Part shown: positions 1 to 9,207 of the stretch, piece after piece
How the letters are laid out: each line of letters starts with the position of its first letter
Numbering within the stretch: position 1 is the stretch's first letter
NCBI GenBank assembly: GCA_965214605.1
Contig: OZ243961.1
Coordinates: forward strand, 1,120,001 to 1,184,000
Reading direction: 5' to 3'
Length of the DNA stretch: 64,000 nucleotides
DNA from: an uncultured Candidatus Binatia bacterium
GTDB lineage: Bacteria; Desulfobacterota; Binatia; Bin18
The notes under the pieces: model-generated
The model's database searches: none
Told to the model about the DNA's origin: nothing
The model's input: the letters and a program-made list of their open reading frames with translations, nothing else
Program-made: the position numbers and the translations under genes

Positions 1-407
1 ATGGCGTGAAAGCGCTGAAGGTTTCACACATCGTCGTGCTCGGCCACTCCCACTGCGGCGGCATCCGGGTCCTGATTGATACAGCCCGAGGCAGAGCGCC
101 TGCATTTGAATGTATCGGCCCATGGCTCAGCCTGGCCGGCGATGTCTGCGACCGAGTGTTGAAGCAGCTGGCCGCGGATTCCTCAAAACATGTGACCACA
201 GAGCAGCTGCCAACCTACGCTCCGCTGGTCGAGCGCCAAGCCGTCCTGCACTCTCTTCACAACCTCCGCACTTATCCCTGGATCAGCACCAGAATCGCCA
301 GCGAGACATTGAGCCTACACGGCTGGTGGTTTGATCTCGATTCCGGGCGGCTATGGACGACCCAAGCGCCGGCTTCGGACAAGCTCACCCTGCTTGAGGC
401 CGAGTGA
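1..407 (+). CDS. beta-class carbonic anhydrase, 5'-truncated by window edge
   Basis: HIVVLGHSHCGG zinc motif and LHGWWFDLDSG C-terminal motif; frame is open to the window edge. Confidence 0.85.
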   Translation, partial: GVKALKVSHIVVLGHSHCGGIRVLIDTARGRAPAFECIGPWLSLAGDVCDRVLKQLAADSSKHVTTEQLPTYAPLVERQAVLHSLHNLRTYPWISTRIASETLSLHGWWFDLDSGRLWTTQAPASDKLTLLEAE

Positions 408-487
408 ATGAGTCCCTGGCCGTCGGCTTTTCTCTAAGCGCCCTATCTGGTAGCTGAAGGGGAGAGTTGGCAGAGAGGAGCACAACT

Positions 488-2377
488 ATGCGCGACGTGA
501 ACATCGCTACTATTCCAGACCTTGAGGTTGACCCGGTAACGCTCGACATCATTGAGAGTGCGCTCAAGAACTATCGCTACGAAATGGACGCGGTGCTGTA
601 CCGTACCGCCATGTCGCCCGTTATTCGGGAACAGCACGACGAGTTTCCGATGATTTGCGACCCCAACGGTCGGATGGTCGTCGGCCAGTTCGGCTCGTAT
701 ATCCGGGAGATGATGGACGGCTTCGACCGTCCAATCTACCCCGGCGATGTTATCCTGCTCAACGACCCCTATCTGTGCGGCGGAGCGATCTCGCATATCA
801 ACGATTTTTTGGTTTTAGTCCCGATCTTTGACGGCGATGAGCTAATCGGCTGGACGTCGATGTTTGGCCACCAAATGGATGTCGGTGGCCCTCTGCCCGG
901 CTCTTTTCCGACCAACGCCACCTCCATTTTTGGCGAGGGGCTGCGTATCCCACCGGTCAAGCTGTTTGAGAAGGGCGCCCTGAACGAGGATATCTTGCAT
1001 TTGATTCTCAACAATGTGCGCATCCCGATCATGAACCGCTCCGATCTGATGGGCATTGTGGCCGGCTGCAAAACCGCCGAGCAGAGAGTCACAGAGCTGT
1101 GTGAGCGGTTTGGCCGCGACACGTATTTGGCTGCTTGTCAGGCCCTGCTCGACCGCACCCGGCGAGCCATGCAGACGCTCATCAAGCGCAATATTTCGAC
1201 CGAACCGCAGTCTTTTGAGGACTATGTTGACGACGACGGGCTAGGCAACGGACCGTTCAAAATGAAACTCACTATTTGGCGTGAAGAGGAGAAAGTCGTC
1301 TTCGACTGGACCGGCACAGACCCGCAGGCGGCCGGGCCGATTAACTTCTACCTGAACGAAGGTATGTTCAAAATGTTCATCGGCGTCTACCTGATCATGG
1401 TCTATGACCCGCAGATTCTGTTCAACGACGGCTTTTATGATCTGATTGAGGCGCGCTTGCCCGACGGCTCCCTGCTCCACCCCAAGTTTCCAGCGGCCCT
1501 CGGCTGCCGCACCCACGCCCTAGCTCGGCTGTTTGACGTGATGAGCGGTTGCCTCGGCCAGAAGAGCCCCGAGCTGACCACCGCGGCTGGCTACGGCACC
1601 AGCCCCCACCTGCTGTATAGCGGAACCGACAAAAAGGGGGAGTTTTTCTTTATTATGGAGATCAGCTACGGCGGCATCCCGGGCCGACCGGTCGGCGACG
1701 GCATAGACGGCCATTCGTGGTGGCCGCTGTTCACCAATATTCCGACTGAGTATTTGGAGAGCTACTGCCCACTGCGGATTGATCGTTACGCCTCGGTGAT
1801 GGATTCCGGCGGAGCCGGCCTGCACCGCGGAGGCAATGGCATAGATAAATGGTATACTTTTCTAGAACCCGGTGAGATCGCCATTCATGACGATCGTTGG
1901 TTGACCCCGCCGTGGGGGATCTTGGGCGGCAAGCCGGGCATGCGGTCCAAAAAAATCCTGATTCGTACAGATGGCAGCCAAGAAGTCTTGCCCTCGAAGT
2001 GCGATCAAATCAAAGTTGAGTCAGGTGACCAACTGATCTACCAGACAGCTGGCGCCGGAGGTTGGGGAGACCCGCTGAAGCGAGCGGCAGAGAAAGTGCG
2101 CAGCGATGTGGTGCGGGATCTGGTGTCTGTTGACAAGGCGCGGCGCGAGTACGGTGTTGTGCTTGATCCAGACACCGCTCAGGTCGATCAAGACGCCACC
2201 GGTCAGCTGCGTGAACAGCTGGCCCAAAAGCGGGACGAGCAGCCCACCTTTGACTTCGGTCCCCCATTGCCCGAGTTGCTTGCTCGTTGCAAACAAGAAA
2301 CCGGTTTGGAGCCGCCGACTCCGCCGAGCCTGCCGGACAACTGGGCCGTCAATGGAGCCAAGAAACGGGCGGCCTGA
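488..2377 (+). CDS. hydantoinase B / 5-oxoprolinase family subunit
   Basis: TAMSPVIREQHD, NDPYLCGGAISHIND, HQMDVGG, GAGLHRGG, GAGGWGDP motifs; GAGAGGAG RBS before ATG 488. Confidence 0.9.
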   Translation: MRDVNIATIPDLEVDPVTLDIIESALKNYRYEMDAVLYRTAMSPVIREQHDEFPMICDPNGRMVVGQFGSYIREMMDGFDRPIYPGDVILLNDPYLCGGAISHINDFLVLVPIFDGDELIGWTSMFGHQMDVGGPLPGSFPTNATSIFGEGLRIPPVKLFEKGALNEDILHLILNNVRIPIMNRSDLMGIVAGCKTAEQRVTELCERFGRDTYLAACQALLDRTRRAMQTLIKRNISTEPQSFEDYVDDDGLGNGPFKMKLTIWREEEKVVFDWTGTDPQAAGPINFYLNEGMFKMFIGVYLIMVYDPQILFNDGFYDLIEARLPDGSLLHPKFPAALGCRTHALARLFDVMSGCLGQKSPELTTAAGYGTSPHLLYSGTDKKGEFFFIMEISYGGIPGRPVGDGIDGHSWWPLFTNIPTEYLESYCPLRIDRYASVMDSGGAGLHRGGNGIDKWYTFLEPGEIAIHDDRWLTPPWGILGGKPGMRSKKILIRTDGSQEVLPSKCDQIKVESGDQLIYQTAGAGGWGDPLKRAAEKVRSDVVRDLVSVDKARREYGVVLDPDTAQVDQDATGQLREQLAQKRDEQPTFDFGPPLPELLARCKQETGLEPPTPPSLPDNWAVNGAKKRAA

Positions 2378-2428
2378 GAAGGAGAAAAATCGAAGGCCAA
2401 GGGTCCAAAACTCTTTGGGGAAGACACG

Positions 2429-3184
2429 ATGGGGAAACTCGACAATAAGATCGCCCTCGTCACCGGCTCCAGCAGCGGCATCGGAAAGACTGTTGCTCTA
2501 GCCTTTGCCGACCAAGGCGCCGATCTCGTCCTCAACTATCCGAATGATTCCCAGCTGCAAAACGTCACTCGCGTCAAGGAAGACATTGCCGCCTTCGGAC
2601 GCCGGGTGATCGCCGTCCGAGCCGATGTCTCCCAGGAAGACCAGGTGCAGAGCTTAATTGACACGACCGTTCAAACCTACGGACGGATTGATATTCTGGT
2701 CAATAATGCCGGGATCGGCACGGCCAGCCTGGTCGAGAACATGTCGATCACGATGTGGGATGAAATGCTAGCTGTCAACTTACGCAGCGTCTTCCTATGC
2801 ACCCGTCTAGTTTTACCGCTCATGTATCAACAAAACTCCGGCAAGATCATTAACACCGCCTCACAGCTTGCCTATAAAGGCGCGCCGGGACTCAGCCATT
2901 ACTGTGCGGCCAAAGCCGCCATCATTGGCTTTACTCGCTCCCTGTCACACGAGATCGGCACCCGGAATATTAACGCTAACTGTGTGGCGCCAGGTGCAAC
3001 CCATACCCCTCTTGTGGACGGTCTCAACAAAGAAGCGGTTGAGGCGATTCGGGCGGCTATTCCCAAGGGCCGACTGGCGACGGTGGATGAAATTGCTCCA
3101 ACCTATGTCTTTTTGGCTTCAGACGAATCGCGGCACTTTGTTGGCCAGTGCCTCAGCCCCAACGGCGGAGACGTCATGCTCTAA
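2429..3184 (+). CDS. short-chain dehydrogenase/reductase (FabG-like)
   Basis: TGSSSGIG, NNAG, YCAAK motifs. Confidence 0.9.
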   Translation: MGKLDNKIALVTGSSSGIGKTVALAFADQGADLVLNYPNDSQLQNVTRVKEDIAAFGRRVIAVRADVSQEDQVQSLIDTTVQTYGRIDILVNNAGIGTASLVENMSITMWDEMLAVNLRSVFLCTRLVLPLMYQQNSGKIINTASQLAYKGAPGLSHYCAAKAAIIGFTRSLSHEIGTRNINANCVAPGATHTPLVDGLNKEAVEAIRAAIPKGRLATVDEIAPTYVFLASDESRHFVGQCLSPNGGDVML

Positions 3185-3272
3185 GACATTCGGCCGACCC
3201 TTCTCTTCCCTTTTCTCCGCCCTCTGCCTCCTGCCTTGTCACACCTGGTCCACCCAGATACACTCGGCCGCC

Positions 3273-4508
3273 ATGCCTCAACCGCCCTCCGCCTCCACGG
3301 TGTCATCCCAGCTGTCCCAGGATCCGACTCCCCAACCAACCCTGTTCACCTCCAATTACGTGCTGCTATGTGTCAGCGCTTTTCTGTTTTCGGGTAGCAT
3401 GTTCATACTGTTTGCGGTTCTACCGCTGTTCGTTGTTCAGGAACTGCATGGAGCAGAATCCCAGGTCGGCCTCATTATGGGTGCGTTTGCCATCTCGGCG
3501 GTGTTGACTCGACCTTTCTCTGGACTGCTGGTTTCGATCTGGAGCCGAAAAAGCGGGCTAAGCATCGGAACCTTCATCTATTTCCTGGCTCCTGCCCTGT
3601 ACACCTTGGCCGGATCAGTGTCGCTCATGCTAGGCCTACGTTTTTTTCACGGCATCGGCATTGCCATCTATACCACCGCGTCGAGCGTATTTGTCGCCGA
3701 CCTGTCTCCTCCCTCCCGGCGTGGAGAAGCCATGGGGTATTACGGCATGGCGCTGAACCTGTCGATGACAATCGGCCCAGCCCTAGGCGCCTATCTGGTC
3801 GGCAAGATCGGCTTTATCAATCTGTTTTGGCTGTCCGCAGCGCTGGCGCTAGCTAGCTTCTTGCTCACCCTGCTCCTGCACGAACCCCACCGTTCTCCAC
3901 CACCGCCTCAGACCCCGGCCAAGCGTCCGCCCTTATTCCACCGGTCCGCCCTGTTTCCGGGGCTGATTGCGGTCTGCATGACCATGACCTTTGGCACGGT
4001 CGTGTCCTTTCTGCCGCTGTTTGTGCAGGCTCACCAACTCGGCAACCCAGGTCTGTTCTTTACCGTATACTCCATTGCTGTAGTTGTCTCGCGTCCCTTT
4101 GCTGGCCGGCTGTCAGACCGCTTTGGCCGGCCGGTGGTGATCATCCCCGGTATGCTGCTGCTGACTATGGCGATGACTATCTTGGCGTTCTCAAGTAGCC
4201 AGTTCGGAATGCTCAGCGCGGCTGTCTTTCAAGGCTTCGGCTTTGGTGGTGTCCAGCCATCACTGATGGCCCAGGTGGTCGATCGCTCAACCGACCACGA
4301 TCGTGGTCCGGCGCTGGCCACGCTGATGGGGGCATTCGATGTAGGTGTCGGTCTGAGCTCGGTCGGTCTAGGCCTGGTCCTGGGAGCCACAAGCTTTCCC
4401 GTTACCTTTCTATGCGCAGCCGGGATTGGTCTGTTTGGCGCCGCGGCGTCGACCTGGGACGCGTTCTTGCGTCAACCGGCTCAGTCCGTCCCTGGCAAGA
4501 CCTTGTGA
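3273..4508 (+). CDS. MFS transporter
   Basis: About 12 hydrophobic segments and GRLSDRFGR motif A; start moved from 2868 (which overlaps the SDR) to ATG 3273. Confidence 0.85.
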   Translation: MPQPPSASTVSSQLSQDPTPQPTLFTSNYVLLCVSAFLFSGSMFILFAVLPLFVVQELHGAESQVGLIMGAFAISAVLTRPFSGLLVSIWSRKSGLSIGTFIYFLAPALYTLAGSVSLMLGLRFFHGIGIAIYTTASSVFVADLSPPSRRGEAMGYYGMALNLSMTIGPALGAYLVGKIGFINLFWLSAALALASFLLTLLLHEPHRSPPPPQTPAKRPPLFHRSALFPGLIAVCMTMTFGTVVSFLPLFVQAHQLGNPGLFFTVYSIAVVVSRPFAGRLSDRFGRPVVIIPGMLLLTMAMTILAFSSSQFGMLSAAVFQGFGFGGVQPSLMAQVVDRSTDHDRGPALATLMGAFDVGVGLSSVGLGLVLGATSFPVTFLCAAGIGLFGAAASTWDAFLRQPAQSVPGKTL

Positions 4509-4804
4509 ACAAGCCACCATGCCCATTCGATAAGTGCAGCGACTTTTGATCCGCCCCCTGTCAGGAAGCTGCGACTGTTGGCATGCCCGAAGGGCAAGTG
4601 GAGGGCCAAGCCCAAGTCAGCGTCGAATTGGTCGCAGACCGATTTGTCCTACAAGCAAACCTCGACTAGAGCCTGAAAGAGCTGGAATCGTGTCTCACGC
4701 TCCGCTTGGGGAAGGGGCCGGTCGTGGCGGTTCGTCTTATCACGGCTCTGGCAAAGCTGTTGCAGAGCGGTAGGGGCAGGGCCCCTTCCCGGCCCGGTTG
4801 TAGA

Positions 4805-5632
4805 CTACTGCTCGAACTGAATCGAAAAGCCTTCGCGCTCGTTGTTCTCCTTATCAATCAAGATCGTGCTGGCCGAACTGTAAGTACCCATCGGATAGAA
4901 CAGAAAGCCGCTCACTCGTTGCCCCGGTTGCAGGGTTTCCACCTGCAGAGCCTTACTCTGGCTGCCCGCCGGTGCCGTAATTGGTGTGACCCGTCCTCCC
5001 CCGGCAACGCGCAGATAAACCTTGTCGAGCTCAATCCCATACGGTCGTGAAGTATTGTTGTGGATCTCAACTTTGATCGGCAGGATGCCGCTGGCCGGCA
5101 AATCGGACCCCAGTTCGATCTGAGACTCAAAGCCGTCGAAGGGGGTCAGGGTCATATTCAGCCCGCCCTTGGCTTCTTGTTTGTCATACGCTTCCTGGTT
5201 AGCAGCTAAGATACCAAAGGTCCGGGCAAAATTATTATGAAAACCGCCGGGTCGCTCAGCCGCGCCGATCAGCGATGGGACTGCCACCCCGCCCCGCTCG
5301 GGGACTACGGTGACCCCGTCAGCGCCACAGGTGATGGTGACTCGGCCACCCTCGCCTTGGCGCGCCTCCGTATTAGTGCCAGCAATGATGTAGCCGGGCG
5401 AGCCAGGGGTGGCGACCTGGACCGACTTCACCGGATGGCCCAGTATCTGGACTGCCCGGTAGGCTAAACGGTTGGCCTGTTCACAGCCCAGCTTTGGAAC
5501 AGACACCGTCCGAGTCCGGGGCGGCATAGTTGGGGTACAGCTTGTCAACACTAGCCCGGCTGCACATACCGAGAAAAACAGCACTTGGTGATATAACACA
5601 ACTCCTCCCAAGAACTCGCGTTGTTCTAGCAT
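4805..5632 (-). CDS. hypothetical lipoprotein
   Basis: Lipobox-like LVLTSC after a hydrophobic stretch; beta-rich C-terminal domain; start uncertain. Confidence 0.6.
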   Translation of the reverse strand: MLEQREFLGGVVLYHQVLFFSVCAAGLVLTSCTPTMPPRTRTVSVPKLGCEQANRLAYRAVQILGHPVKSVQVATPGSPGYIIAGTNTEARQGEGGRVTITCGADGVTVVPERGGVAVPSLIGAAERPGGFHNNFARTFGILAANQEAYDKQEAKGGLNMTLTPFDGFESQIELGSDLPASGILPIKVEIHNNTSRPYGIELDKVYLRVAGGGRVTPITAPAGSQSKALQVETLQPGQRVSGFLFYPMGTYSSASTILIDKENNEREGFSIQFEQ

Positions 5633-5675
5633 CTAGTGTATCAAATACTTCTGACCTAGGCGATGACGGGTATTG

Positions 5676-6239
5676 CTAACGCCCATCCTTCAACTCGTCT
5701 CGAAGCCGGCCCAACTCTTGCATCATGGCAATGATATCGGCCAAGGAATAGTGGGCGTTACGCGGGCTGGTCGAAGGCAGAGTAAACACCCGTGCCCCAC
5801 CAAAGCTTTCGGTCTGGCGACCGATGCGGATCTGCTTTGTTCCGCAGCAGGCCCGGTAGCCGGTTAAGCCGTTGAAGCACACGATGCGCGGGCGATAGCG
5901 CACAATCTTCTCGTGCAGCTGCCGCGCTCCGTGACGGAACTCCTCAGCCTGCAGTTCATGGATGCCGCGGGTCGGTCGTTTGACCACATCGGTCAGCCCA
6001 ATCCCCCAGTCCAACAATCGCTCCTCGTCCCCGGGAGCGACCGGCTCGGGAACCAGACCGGAGGCTGACAGTGCGGTCCAAAACCGATTCTGCTTCCGGG
6101 CAAAATAGCGTCCGATCTGGGCCGAATAGTAGCCCGGATTTATGCCGACCAACACAATATCCAGGTTATTGCGCAGATAATCGGGCAGGTTGCGGAGCGT
6201 TTCCGGATGCGGTTTGTAGGGACGTGAAGGGCGCGCCAT
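5676..6239 (-). CDS. mug: G:T/U mismatch-specific DNA glycosylase (Mug/TDG family)
   Basis: GINPG, NRFW, GLTD, LPSTS motifs. Confidence 0.9.
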   Translation of the reverse strand: MARPSRPYKPHPETLRNLPDYLRNNLDIVLVGINPGYYSAQIGRYFARKQNRFWTALSASGLVPEPVAPGDEERLLDWGIGLTDVVKRPTRGIHELQAEEFRHGARQLHEKIVRYRPRIVCFNGLTGYRACCGTKQIRIGRQTESFGGARVFTLPSTSPRNAHYSLADIIAMMQELGRLRDELKDGR

Positions 6240-6247
6240 GGTGAGCC

Positions 6248-7291
6248 TCAGCTTTGCCTATCACGGAGGCGAGCGTACTGGTATCGCAGGGCACGGTTGG
6301 ACCATACGCCAAGGAGGGAAGGCAGCACGATTCCATACACCTGGGAGCGCGTAATCTTGATCTGGACGTCGGGGTTGAGCAGCTGACACGAACCTCGGAT
6401 GCGGGTCAGGGTCGAGACGCCGATGAGCAGGGGCCAGGCGCAGGCCAGACGCAGTCTCCACTCCCGGCGCGGAACCGCTAGGGTGTAGCGCCACCCGGCC
6501 TGATAGTGAGATAGGGTAAGCTCAAGCAACTCATTGAGCAAGGGTCGTATACGGCTGAGATTGGCTGGCTCGAATAATTCCTCGGGTTTCACCCCCAGTC
6601 TGTTGAGGTCTTCGTGGGGCAGATAACATCGCCCCAGACGCAGGTCGCAGGCTAGGTCGCGCAAGATATTGGTCAGTTGCAAGCCTTTGCCAAACCGAAC
6701 GCCGTATTCGGCCATGACTGCAAGATCCCAGTCACGAAGAGCCGGACGGTGGGCGACCGCTGTCTTGGTCCAGAACTCTCCGACACAGCCGGCCACGTAA
6801 TAGGTGTACTGATCGAGATCGTGGCGGGAGCGTAGCGCGACCGCCCTGCTGGCCGCCCCTTCGTCTTCAGGCGGAAAGACCGTGAGATCCATCTGCATCC
6901 CTTGGGTGAGGGTCAGAACCAGCTCACGAATCCGCTGTTGATCGTCTGGTCCAAGCCTGGATAACAGCTCAAAACAGGCGCCAAGCTGCAACAGCAGTTC
7001 GCGTTCCGCAGGGCCGTGCAGTTGCTCGCCCAGCTGCCGCTGGAGATCGGGCAACGGGCTGAGATCCCCCTGAGAAAAAGCCAGACGATAGCGCTCAAGC
7101 TGGATCAGCCGTTGGCTTGGGGACAGCAGCGCAGTATCGGCGATTGTATCTGCAGCACGACAGAACAGGTAGGCTAAGCCCAACGATAGGCGCACGCTAG
7201 ACGGCAGGACGCGCAGGCTCAGATAAAAGGAGCGACTAACCCGAGGCAGAATATCAAAGAGGAGCCGGGAAGCTGTTTGGTCGTGCACCAT
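6248..7291 (-). CDS. squalene/phytoene synthase family, single-enzyme squalene synthase type
   Basis: VSRSF flap, RAADTIAD, YTYYVAGCVGEFWT, GLQLTNILRD, RCYLP motifs; start may extend to 7345. Confidence 0.85.
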   Translation of the reverse strand: MVHDQTASRLLFDILPRVSRSFYLSLRVLPSSVRLSLGLAYLFCRAADTIADTALLSPSQRLIQLERYRLAFSQGDLSPLPDLQRQLGEQLHGPAERELLLQLGACFELLSRLGPDDQQRIRELVLTLTQGMQMDLTVFPPEDEGAASRAVALRSRHDLDQYTYYVAGCVGEFWTKTAVAHRPALRDWDLAVMAEYGVRFGKGLQLTNILRDLACDLRLGRCYLPHEDLNRLGVKPEELFEPANLSRIRPLLNELLELTLSHYQAGWRYTLAVPRREWRLRLACAWPLLIGVSTLTRIRGSCQLLNPDVQIKITRSQVYGIVLPSLLGVWSNRALRYQYARLRDRQS

Positions 7292-7369
7292 GCGGCTCAA
7301 GACATACGCGCCTGCACCGTCCAGGTCAACACGGTGCGGATGCACGGGGAGGCACCCCCGTGGAGCCCC

Positions 7370-7906
7370 TCACTCCAACATCAGCCCTGAGCGGCACGCC
7401 TGCTCCAGCGCCAGTCGCCGCATCGAAAAGCGGTCTTTTTCCTCGGCGCTCATCTCGGCAAACGTGCGGGAGCTACCGGTAGGCTGAAAGATAGCGTCCC
7501 AGCCAAAGCCATGGCTGCCGCGCGGGGACGCAACAATGCTGCCAGAAACGCTACCGGCAAACACCCAGCAGTCGACTCCATCGTGATAGCCGAACACAGT
7601 TGTCGCAGTTGCCACACGGTCAGTGTCCAGCAGACGGCACAGACCCTCGTTGCCCAGGCTTTGCAAAAACCAGGTGATTAGGGCGCCAGGCAGGCCGTTC
7701 CAGGCATCAAAGGCCAGGCCGGTGTCCTCAACCAAGACCGGACGTTGGAGAGCGCTGTAAGCGTGGGTGGCTTTATGCCGTACGACCGGCTCTAGCTCGA
7801 CGGCCTGTATTTCGTCGAGGTGGAGCGGCTGGTGTGCCACAGCACGGCCGAGCAGGCGCTCCACCTCGGCGGCTTTCGCAGCGTTGGCGGTAACAAAGGT
7901 GAACAT
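7370..7906 (-). CDS. rdgB: non-canonical purine NTP pyrophosphatase (RdgB/HAM1)
   Basis: FVTANAAK, VEDTGL, GFGWDAIF, TFAEM motifs; ATG overlaps the def stop (TGATG). Confidence 0.88.
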   Translation of the reverse strand: MFTFVTANAAKAAEVERLLGRAVAHQPLHLDEIQAVELEPVVRHKATHAYSALQRPVLVEDTGLAFDAWNGLPGALITWFLQSLGNEGLCRLLDTDRVATATTVFGYHDGVDCWVFAGSVSGSIVASPRGSHGFGWDAIFQPTGSSRTFAEMSAEEKDRFSMRRLALEQACRSGLMLE

Positions 7907-8451
7907 CAGTCCGCGGTGTCGGTCGGCAGCCAGTAGCGTTGCCACTCATCGAGGTGAGACAAGGTGTGCAGCGAGTCCATGCGGTCGACATACACCTTAC
8001 CCTGCAGGTGATCATACTCGTGCTCGATGACGCGGGCATGAAAATCTTTGGCCACAAAATCAAGCGGCCGCCCGTGGCGGTCCAGCGCTTGGACGCGCAC
8101 CGCGGTGTGACGTCTGACCATCCCCCGTAGACCCGGGATACTCAGACAGCCCTCCCACAGTTCGCCTCGCTGCTCAGACAACACGCTCAGCCGAGGGTTG
8201 ATTAAAACCGTCAGCGGAACCGGCGACACGTCGGGATAACGGGGGTGTTTGTCTACTTGTAGGACAGCAAGCTGCCGCGACACATGCACTTGGGGTGCCG
8301 CCAAGCCGACCCCGATATACTCGTGCATGGTTTCGATCATATCGTCAATCAGGCGCTGAAACTCGGCATGTGGAATGTGCTCGGGCAGGACGAGCTGCGC
8401 GGTTTTCCGTAACACCGGATGTCCTAGACGGCAGACTTTTAGAATAGCCAT
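7906..8451 (-). CDS. def: peptide deformylase
   Basis: GVGLAAPQ, EGCLS, HEYDHL motifs. Confidence 0.95.
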   Translation of the reverse strand: MAILKVCRLGHPVLRKTAQLVLPEHIPHAEFQRLIDDMIETMHEYIGVGLAAPQVHVSRQLAVLQVDKHPRYPDVSPVPLTVLINPRLSVLSEQRGELWEGCLSIPGLRGMVRRHTAVRVQALDRHGRPLDFVAKDFHARVIEHEYDHLQGKVYVDRMDSLHTLSHLDEWQRYWLPTDTAD

Positions 8452-8464
8452 GTTACAGCATCGC

Positions 8465-9106
8465 TCAGGGACGCCTCCGACGCTGGCTACGGCCCTGGTG
8501 GGGACGTTGAAAGGCCAACACCCGATGCCCATGTCGATACTGGGTGACCAGCGTGGCTAGGGTCTCACGATCGATCAGAATACAATCCTCACGTCGAGCT
8601 AGCGTCCGGGCACGGAGACTAAACGGTTGGTTAGCCAGCACCAGCGCGCCGTCACACCCCTGGTCCTGACTAGCGGTCAGTGCCTCAATGACCACGTTTT
8701 CCGTCAGCGGTCTAGTGTGTCGGAACACACGGCCTAGCAGCCGGTCGGCGCCTCGGGTCAACAAAACATCGGCCCCGGGCGAGTTAGACCGGACCAGCGG
8801 AGTAACCTCATAGCCCTGGGCCCGCAACAGGTCGGCCGCATAGCGAGAAAACTCGGTATCCGACATGCTGTCCAGCTCGTGCAGCCGCTCACTCCGCTCA
8901 CGTTGTCGCGTATAGCTCTTCCACACAATCCAGATACCGAGCCCACCGCCCATCCACACCAGGGCACTTATCCAGTTGCCCTGGAGGGCGGAGGTGGCAA
9001 AGACAAAAAGCAAGAAGAGCGCGGTGCCTTTGATCAGACGCGTCCGGGTAGTCTTTCCCGGCCGTGCCTTGTGGCTGAGTTCAACAGCGCGGGACGGTTC
9101 CTGCAT
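8465..9106 (-). CDS. membrane-anchored Mrr-like restriction-endonuclease-fold protein, apparently catalytically degenerate
   Basis: Two N-terminal TM helices followed by an Mrr_cat-like pattern (EF...LLRAQGYEV...GAD...ANQPFS..AR.LA...LIDRE). Confidence 0.65.
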   Translation of the reverse strand: MQEPSRAVELSHKARPGKTTRTRLIKGTALFLLFVFATSALQGNWISALVWMGGGLGIWIVWKSYTRQRERSERLHELDSMSDTEFSRYAADLLRAQGYEVTPLVRSNSPGADVLLTRGADRLLGRVFRHTRPLTENVVIEALTASQDQGCDGALVLANQPFSLRARTLARREDCILIDRETLATLVTQYRHGHRVLAFQRPHQGRSQRRRRP

Positions 9107-9207
9107 AGCTTCCTCAGACAAGACGGTCAGTTATTACACGACTATTAGCCAGATATCCCAGCAGGAGAAAGAAATCAATCGGGAAAACAGAGACACGTGC
9201 TCGCGGG

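Noticed and set aside
2868-3272. Long N-terminal extensions in the ORF track (MFS, glmM, ftsH, phaC, carboxyltransferase, enoyl-CoA hydratase)
   Set aside because: They overlap neighbouring genes or pseudogenes; family homology begins at downstream starts.
4505-4669. GTG-started frame with in-frame TGA (CSDF-TGA-SAPC) as a second selenoprotein
   Set aside because: No recognisable family, no SD, and no convincing hairpin after the UGA.
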